The translations under genes were made by a program, and so were the position numbers. From positions 62,001-91,032 of the forward strand of contig JAPEUD010000089.1 in the NCBI GenBank assembly GCA_026026165.1: 29,032 nt of DNA, given 5' to 3'. Source of the DNA: Sarea resinae (lineage: Eukaryota). Shown here one piece after another: positions 21,644 through 29,032 of the stretch. Within the stretch, counting starts at the first letter, position 1. Each line of letters starts with the position of its first letter. The notes beneath the pieces were generated by a model, which did no database searches, was not told where the DNA came from, and saw nothing but the letters and a program-made list of their open reading frames with translations.

Positions 21644-22342
21644 ATGGAGTCTTCGTTCTCTTCTCTTTCACTCGCTGATGCCCACGAAGGAAGCTCTCGT
21701 ACCCCGCCGGGCTTTCGTTTCTTTGATCTGCCAGTCGAACTGCGCATGACAATTTACGAACTCGTGCTCCTCGTAAACCAAATTGTCGATCTGAAGCCGT
21801 CGAACTTTCGTTGCATAGCTCCTCGCCTCGGATTGTTCCTGACATGCCATCGCATGCACGAGGAAGCGTATCCGGTCTTCTACGGTCGTAACACCATCCG
21901 TCTGTTCCCCATTGACCAGCGCTTCTTTTCCACAAAGAAAGTCTTGCTCACACGTCTTTCGCCGCGCTATCGGTCTGTGATCACGACTCTGGACTTGCGA
22001 CTAGGGCAGGGATGGGGCTCCCCGCCGAAGTGCCAGGCGGTGACGGAGCGATTGGGGTTGGCAGATATGAGCAATCTTCGGCTGCTGAAGATATTTGTAG
22101 AGTGTGATCCTTCGGACCCGATATTCAATGGCTTTCGGATAGATCAAGACTTCTACACTACTTTTGCACGCCGGCTGGTCAAAGAACTCGTCAAGAACCT
22201 ACCGAGTCTACAAGAGGTCCAATTCGACGGCTGGCCGTCTGTGAAAAAGGACGCACCTCTCATGGCTGGGCTTTTGCACGAGGTGAAGGCTGCTGACAGG
22301 AGAATCTCTTGGGGACCCCATCGGATGTGGGGCCAAGCATGA
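21644..22342 (+). CDS. Small F-box-like/2EXR-type fungal protein, 232 aa, intronless
   Basis: Clean ATG-to-stop ORF. It has an N-terminal FRFFDLPVELRMTIYELVL motif and LFLTCHRMHEEAYPVFYGRNTIR, a pattern common in fungal F-box-like (DUF7730-type) hypothetical proteins. Confidence 0.78.
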   Translation: MESSFSSLSLADAHEGSSRTPPGFRFFDLPVELRMTIYELVLLVNQIVDLKPSNFRCIAPRLGLFLTCHRMHEEAYPVFYGRNTIRLFPIDQRFFSTKKVLLTRLSPRYRSVITTLDLRLGQGWGSPPKCQAVTERLGLADMSNLRLLKIFVECDPSDPIFNGFRIDQDFYTTFARRLVKELVKNLPSLQEVQFDGWPSVKKDAPLMAGLLHEVKAADRRISWGPHRMWGQA

Positions 22343-22632
22343 TTGACCGGATTTTTGGATTTGACGATGCTTTTTGGTCATCAGCGAGCATTCGATTTGG
22401 CATATATTGAAACACACTGACCCTCCCATCGTATACAATGCATTGCGGAGCGGAGGTGATTCGTTGGTATTAATAGGAAATCAATCATTACGCGCTATAG
22501 AAATACAGATCCTTTGAGACAATCTAGATTAGATCGCCTACCATAGGTCAAATATAGCTTCGTTTTATACGATGTTTTCTTTTCGGCGGTCTCAGTAGAC
22601 CAAACTCCTCTGTCAGCTCCCTATCTCTTTGC

Positions 22633-23611
22633 TCAGACAGCCGGCCAAAACCTTTCCTCCAGCCAAAGTAGCTGCTGGAATACTTCCTCGCAGCGGCGCA
22701 GTGATTGTCCGTTCGTGTCGTACTCGTCTCCAAATTGAACAGTGTATATACCGGCATCCTTGAGATGTGCGAAGGACACAATGCTTCCCTCGATGTCATC
22801 AACGAAGGATTCGAATTCGGGACTTGTCCAATTAGGGATCAGCTCTTGAAGCAGAGCTCGAGAAGCAGGAGATTGTTGATGCTTCGGGACCGCAGCGGTT
22901 TCCTCGGTGTGAAAGGATGCGTAACTCCAAGAAGCATAATAGCACTGCTGCATTTCAGTAGTCTGGGCTAGAGTGACCAAGAAGAGGTCGTAAAATGCCA
23001 ATGACAGTTTTGACAAATGTGCATATGGATAGATGAGTGGGATCAAAGGATGAAAGAAAGAGATGATTAGCATCTACCGCAGAAGATCTTCTGCAGCGAA
23101 TGAAGCCTCTAGGGATCAGTATCGGCCAATAAAAGAGTCGTACCTTCTCCATCCCCCAAAGCAATACCATGCCCTCAAGGATCGGCGTCCCCGCAGCTGC
23201 TGTGCTAATCATGAAGTCGCAATACGCCTTTGTTATAGGCTCGACTACCATCTCTTCCGCGGGTACCTGAAGTCCATAGCGCTCTGCCACGTCATCGAAC
23301 AACATCAATTCCTCTTCTATGTTGTTGAGTGCTTTGATCAAAACTTTTACGAATGCCCAGAGGAACTTGGCAAGATCTCCACCTTTGTCATCTTCGGGCT
23401 GCAGAGGAAGGCGGATCTTGGCCAGCAGCAGACCGATGAAGCGAACGTACGTCTGAGCATAGATACGATCTTGCGACAGCCAATGGGCTAGGGCAGCAGT
23501 GGATAGAGTCCCCCGACCAGCTTTCTCTAGAAAGGAATTTCTAGTTGCGGAGTTGAATTCGGAGGGGAACCGATTGAGGAGGTAGGAACATAAAGGTGCT
23601 GAATCGTCCAT
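22633..23611 (-). CDS. TenA/THI-4/PQQC (heme-oxygenase-like fold) protein, TenA_E-like, ~259 aa. Exons 23611-23144, 22944-22633
   Basis: Motifs present: ATRNSFLEKAGRGTL, WLSQDRIYAQTYVRF, NIEEELMLF, TKAYCDF, LWGMEK/CYYASW, LIPNWTSPEF, EERFWP. Donor GTACGA at 23143 and acceptor CAGCAG at 22950-22945. The intron is long (199 nt) with a weak branch site, so the exact acceptor is uncertain. Confidence 0.8.
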
Positions 23612-24850
23612 GATGATACCGAAGCCACTCTAAGCGGATGCGTGAGAGGTGTAGGTCGGGAACAGATGAGGGAAAGGAGCAGATTTATGAACGTCAGCAA
23701 AGACGAGATGGAGAAGCATTGACGTGAGCACTGACGTGCTGATCTGTTGTGCCGATCAACGCGTCGGGGCATCAGGGTTGAGGGCAGGGAAGATGGCTTA
23801 TCGATAGCACTTTGTGGCTCATCACGGTTCTCTACCCAACAGGTCTACTCCGAGTAGTGTCGTCTCGCGGCTTTCGGTCTAAACAAACCCCCACCTCCTG
23901 CCTTTTGCTTAGGATGTTGTCCAAGCCAAAGATTTCCTTGAACCTACTCTGCTGGCCCTTAAGTAGTTGTTATGTTCTAGAATATCATGAGATATGTCCA
24001 TCAGAACTCATGAATATGGTTCAGTATTCACCTTCCACTAAGTGAGATCGAGGTTGGCGGAGCAGAGCTGGAGGTCTGAACGAGCTCAGCATCCGACTAG
24101 TCAACAAGCAATATACTGGAGACTCCGGTAGAGTCTAGAAATGTCGTATTTGCTATTTGGCTCGAAAGAATGGAATCCTGCCCTTCGTTGTACCTTAAGA
24201 CTATCGCCTTAATACTCGATTAACAATTTCTCATGAGAGGTGGACCATTGATCAATGGGTCAGGCTGCGACATCCAGAACACGTCATTTATCGAGGCACT
24301 TTCGCGATGGGATGAGGCTCAATACGGGAAATCTTTGGGTCGGCCTGGTCCTGATAAAAAGGATATGAGCGTTGTCAACGTGTGAGATTGTCGGGAGAGC
24401 ATTGGGAGCCAAAGAGGCAAGGGATGGAAGCCGAATAGGGGCTCTATGATGGTTGGATGATTCATAGGACAATCGCGAGATTAACAAAAGTTAGAAAGTA
24501 TTAAATGCATTAAAGCGCCAATTCACCATCGCTCAAGCATCTTGACAAGGGTATCATAACTCATGGCTATGTGAATGAGGTGCCTTGGCATCCGTGAATG
24601 GGTATGGTAGGTTCTCGTTCAAGACCTGATGCTACATCATTCATTCCACTCTTCGAATTCCTCTTCCAAAGTCGGTACGACCGATTCATGCCTACATCAC
24701 AGAAATCTCTCAATTTGTGGATTGTACGGCCTGTGGACTGTGAGTGTCTTCCATGCATCCATTGACGGAAGTGAATTGGCTGAAGTCGGGCGATATATCG
24801 CCAGTTAACTAAATACTTCCATCCATACCCCGCGTCGCCTACGATAGAGA

Positions 24851-25276
24851 ATGTCGACTTTCACCGTCTATCGCATTGACTCTGCCAGTCTTTTCCGAGA
24901 TCATCATGCCATTTTCGTAGAGACGCATGAGAATGGAGAAGGAACGGGACACTTGTACCAGGTGGCGGGGAACATCCAGCAGGGAATGGCCTTTGAAGAT
25001 AGGCTCGAAGACCGGCCGGAATCGTCTCTTTCTTTTGCGAGTAAAGTCAAGATTGGCACCGTTTCTCGACATAACAATCCTTGCATCAAGGGCGTCTGTG
25101 AAGGCGTTCCGGTCCCGAAGAAACAGTTCGACGGCCCTAAAAGGCTCTATCCAAACGAGCCCATTCGCAGGTGCCAGGAGTGGACTGCCGAGGCGATTCA
25201 GGCATTGGTGGATGCTCAGATTCTGCGGCCATTGGAAGCAGACGCGACCTCTGGTCTCTCCTCACCGTCTGCCTAG
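24851..25276 (+). CDS. Small uncharacterised fungal protein (DUF6540-like), 141 aa, intronless
   Basis: ATG-initiated ORF with RDHHAIFVET, YQVAGNIQQGMAFE, PKKQFDGPKRLYP and RRCQEWTAEAIQAL. This pattern is recalled from a widespread small fungal family; the family name is unverified. Confidence 0.75.
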   Translation: MSTFTVYRIDSASLFRDHHAIFVETHENGEGTGHLYQVAGNIQQGMAFEDRLEDRPESSLSFASKVKIGTVSRHNNPCIKGVCEGVPVPKKQFDGPKRLYPNEPIRRCQEWTAEAIQALVDAQILRPLEADATSGLSSPSA

Positions 25277-25993
25277 ACCGTCTGACTTGGAGCTGAGATC
25301 TGGAGCACTTCCAGGCAGTGAGTGCGGTCTCTATGCATTGAAGGCCAATTGCATTGAATCATAAGATAGCCACTGCTTTCAATCTACTCTTCACTTCGTG
25401 GAGTGACGGCAACATTCAAGATCTAATCGCTACTGAAGCAGATGCATTCTCTAGCCATGCAGCTCCCGTAAACATCGTTCCACATAGTAGAAGTTCCAAT
25501 CAACAGTGGCTGATTGATAATGTGGGCGGCCACGTGGGAGACGAGCGCTCTAGGTGGCACACACTATTTCGTGCATATTGCTAACAGAACGTGAGGAAGA
25601 TGAACGTGCGGGGGAGTGGAGCAGAGCGGATGGGAGGGAATGATCTGGAGAGGGGCGGGGGCGAGGAGAGGAGAGGAAAATGGCAGCCAAGGTATCGGTG
25701 ACGGAAACGAGGTACTTCACCCATACAAATCGGATAAGAGTCATACATGGCGATACCTACAACCAGAGCGTGGACTGATAGCGCTCTCTCGCTCTCCCGC
25801 TCTCCGCTCCTGTGTTGCATTACAACATACCTGATTTCTTCATCCCACCTCCCGCCGAATTCGGCAATCAACACTGTCAGCCATCCAGCGACACCGGAGA
25901 CGCTGGTTTCAACTCCTTGCATAATCGCACTGTTGGACCGAGGGCTCTCCATTCCGCTCCACTCGCACTAGGTCGCCCCGGCAGGATAGCTGC

Positions 25994-28621
25994 ATGGACT
26001 CATCGCCCTCTGTGGCGGGATTGGCGGGCGCCAACGGCGGAAGCACCATTGGCAGTCCTGCCAGCGCCAGACTCGCCGGCAGGAAGAGAGGACCATCCAT
26101 CGCCGGCCTCGACAGCTCGCCGGGAAGCATCGACGATGGCGACGGAGATGAAGGTCAAGATGATCGGCGGAGGCAGCCTGGCGTGAAGCGGGCGTGCAAT
26201 GAGTGTCGACAGCAAAAGGTGAGTCATGCTGGGAAGGTCACGATAGGAACGCACGTGGGAGCTGCCGACCATGCGACTTTTCCTCAAGAGGATGCATGAG
26301 CTTGAAGCTGACGTCCGTTGCTACAGCTGCGCTGCGACGTGGTGCAAGACCCGTTTACGACATGTTCGCGGTGTCGCCGGCTCAAGCTGGATTGCAAGAT
26401 TGAGTCCAATTTCAAGCGCATTGGGAAGCGAAGCAAGAACGCCGAGATGGAGCGCGAGATTATCGAGTTGAGGAGGCAATTGGCAAATCAGAGTCGGCAG
26501 AACATGGAGCATCAGGTGTCGAGGACGCCAATGAGTAATGCAGATAGTCCGGGCATCTTCAACACGCCTTCGCGGGAAGATCAGTACATGGGTTCGCACG
26601 AAGCAGTTGCCTCACTTCTGGATCTACGACAAGGACTGGACGGATCTCAATACACAAACGCCAATGGCCGGGGAGTGGGGTTGAAGAAAATCGAGAATGT
26701 GGTATTGACCCCAGACCGGGTCAAGGATCTCTTCAATCAGTAAGTCTTTAAGAAACATCGCTCAAGTCTAAGCGCTAATCGCGGTAGCTTCTTCACATTC
26801 TACCATCAATTTCTGCCTTTTCTGGATCCTGAAAAGCCCCCAGATCAGTACTACAAAGCCTCGCCGCTGCTTTTCTGGGCGATCATCTCAGTGGCAGCAC
26901 GGCGGTACAATCTTGAGCCAACACTTCTCAGTTCTCTGTCGGGGCCAGTCTCCCGGCTGATATGGTCCACTCTTGCCGAAGTGCCGCAGAGCTATTATAT
27001 AGTCAAGGCATTGTGTCTGCTTTGCACTTGGCCGTTTCCCATCAGCAGCACGTCTACTGATCCTACGTTCATGTTGACTGGGACTATGATGCAGATCGCT
27101 ATGCAGATTGGACTGCACCGACCTTCACATGCACAAGACTTTACAAAGATCCGTGTTGAGCTGAGAGAAGAGGAGTTAAGAGATCGTGTCAAGACGTGGG
27201 CTGCTTGTAACATAGTAGCGCAGAGGTATGTTGGGCCAGCTTTACTACAAGATAACGAATCTGACCAGGATAGTGTGGCAACTGGCTTCGGGCAGCCCCC
27301 ATCAGCACAGTACGATTGGACGGTGGAGCCGGTAGGATCTCACGAAGGAAGTGGCAGTTACCAGCTTCCTGATGAGTTGGCAGCTCGACTCCAGATCGAG
27401 AAATTTTGTGATAAGGTGACAAAAGCTCTGTATAGCAACCACGGAAATTCTACTGGCCTGTATAGCGATCACGAGCGCTCAATAATGAGCACGTTCCTGA
27501 TCCGAGATTTTGAAGAGCTGGAAGAGAGAATAGGGGATATTCTATCACGTACGTTTCTCTTCTTTCCGCTGTGGCAACACCAAGCGACTAAACTCGCTCT
27601 AGCAATCAAAACTCTTCATATCCGCGCCGCCGGCCTGCATCTCCGTCTCTTCGCCTTCTTCGACTCCAACGCTCACAAGTCTTACCGTCAGGACCTCCTC
27701 GGTCTCTACTTCGCCACCACCTCTTTCCTCGAGACTGCCCTCAACCTCGAGACCGCTCTCGCCGGTGCCATCCTCCCCTACACCTCAAACTACATCCTGC
27801 AACTCATGATCGCCGCCGGGTTTACGCTATTGAAGCTTCTCAACAGCTTCTTTGCGCCCAGCATCGACCTCGAATACGGTAAATCGCTCTTCAACCGCAC
27901 CATCTGGGCCATCCGCAGCATCTCGGTCGCGAGCAACGATCTGCCGAGCCGGCTTGCCGAGGTGTTGGCGCAGCTGTGGAGGGCCGGTGGCGGGGGCTCA
28001 GCTCGGCCCCAGACGACGGCGTCGAATGGGATGGGTGGAAGCGTGGTTCCCGATACGGACAGCTCGCTGCAGCTCAAAGTACGATGCCGCATGAGCATGA
28101 GCCTCGTGTTCGACTCAGTGTGGCGTTGGCGAGAAGAATTCCAGGCCAAGGGACGAGGCAATCTAGATTGTGAGTCTCCGTCTTTTCCTCTTTCCACCTT
28201 TGTCCTCTTCTTCCGCTCTCCGTAACCGTACTGACCCATTAATTCCATAGCCGCCGTCCGCAATCCCACCAACCCGGATTCCGGCGCCGAGAACCAGAGC
28301 CAAGGCCAAACAACAAGCTCCACCCCTAACCACATGAACAACAATAACAACATGCACGACCCGTCGTCGTCGTCCTCGGCGTCAACAGCGCACGCCACCG
28401 GCCTCCTGGACCCGAGTCTCTCGGCACCCATGGGAGTCCCCGGTGGTGGAGGTGGCGGACCCGGCGGGGCTGGTGGTGGTGGTCCCGGCGGCGACTCTCT
28501 GTTCGCGGAACCGACGAATTACGAGGTCTTTGATCCGCTGAACTGGATGCTGGATGGGCTGGTGGATTTCCCGTATTCGCTGGATGCGGTGCAAGGGCTC
28601 GAGGCTTCTGGATTAGCGTAG
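25994..28621 (+). CDS. Zn(II)2Cys6 fungal transcription factor (PriB/Sef1/Leu3-like), 762 aa. Exons 25994-26218, 26327-26739, 26788-27225, 27274-27548, 27603-28169, 28251-28621
   Basis: The binuclear cluster KRACNECRQQK/LRCDVVQDPFTTCSRCRRLKLDCKI is split by intron 1 and followed by the coiled coil AEMEREIIELRRQL. The middle homology region includes FFTFYHQFLPFLDP, SPLLFWAIISVAARR, AMQIGLHRP and VRCRMSMSLVFDSVWRWREEF. The tail EVFDPLNWMLDG is acidic-hydrophobic. Joined exons total 2289 nt in frame. Confidence 0.92.
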
Positions 28622-28843
28622 CGTAGTTGGGTTTCAGGTCGGGGTGGAGAGGCGAAGGGATAGATGTGGTGTGGACGTGGCGGACGAGACGCGGGAGTTT
28701 TTCTTTCTTTTGCTTCTTCTTCTACTTCTTGCTGAGATCTGGATATGACACCCCTTTTTTTTAAGAGCTTTTTCTATTACTTCTCTTTCCATACTTCTCT
28801 TTCCATACTTCTTTTTTTTTCTCTGTCTTTTGTTACTCTCTGT

Positions 28844-28943
28844 CTTGGCTTGGCTTGGTCTGTTTTGGTCTGGTCTGGCCTGGTTCGGCTCGGCTCGTCT
28901 GTGCTTTCATTTGGTTTGGTTTGGTTTGGTTTGGTATGGTTTG
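28844..28943. repeat. Degenerate pentamer array (CTTGG/TCTGG/CTCGG/TTTGG), including (TTGGT)5 at 28911-28935
   Basis: Read directly; lies in the 3' flank of the transcription factor. Confidence 0.9.
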
Positions 28944-28990
28944 TGCTTTTCTTTTTTTCTTTTCTTTTACAACAAGGTTAGGAGGAAGCC

Positions 28991-28992
<2 letters not shown>

Positions 28993-29024
<32 letters not shown>
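28993..29024. repeat. G32 homopolymer
   Basis: 32 consecutive G near the window end. Confidence 0.9.
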
Positions 29025-29025
<1 letters not shown>

Positions 29026-29032
29026 GGTTTGT

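Noticed and set aside
22945..24300. TPP riboswitch in or upstream of the TenA-like gene
   Set aside because: The conserved aptamer elements (CUGAGA followed by the CUUGAU...GAUAAU...GCG core) were not found by eye on the sense strand.
1..29032. Transposons, CRISPR arrays, tRNA/rRNA/snRNA genes, secondary-metabolite cluster
   Set aside because: No transposase or RT motifs, terminal repeats, repeat-spacer arrays, recognisable RNA-gene signatures or PKS/NRPS/terpene genes were seen. This was inspection by eye only; tRNAscan-SE and Rfam scans would be definitive.

Overview
This is eukaryotic DNA from a filamentous ascomycete (Pezizomycotina-like): short GT-AG introns with CTRAY branch sites and fungal-type proteins. 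I reconstructed ten protein-coding genes by hand-splicing. In order they are: the 3' part of a Dal5/allantoate-type MFS transporter (+), RPD3 histone deacetylase (-), RPN11 proteasome lid deubiquitinase (+), a DUF3405-like type II membrane protein (+), a large F-box protein (-), TIM50 (-), a small F-box-like protein (+), a TenA/heme-oxygenase-like protein (-), a small uncharacterised His/Cys protein (+) and a Zn(II)2Cys6 transcription factor (+). Microsatellite-rich zones lie at three gene 3'-end regions. I saw no rRNA, tRNA, snRNA, transposon or CRISPR. The window is mostly a housekeeping neighbourhood, and I cannot claim a new multi-gene system. The best leads are: (1) the large F-box protein, which combines an F-box, a probable beta-propeller, a PPxY motif and a C-terminal CaaX box, suggesting a membrane-anchored ubiquitin-ligase adaptor; (2) a possible permuted papain-like peptidase; (3) a spaced GTAC/GAGTACTC motif cluster in a 3-kb intergenic region; (4) a two-state hairpin with uORFs in the TIM50 divergent interval; (5) a transcription factor whose five introns are all 3n in length. 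Family names come from motif recognition and memory, not from searches.
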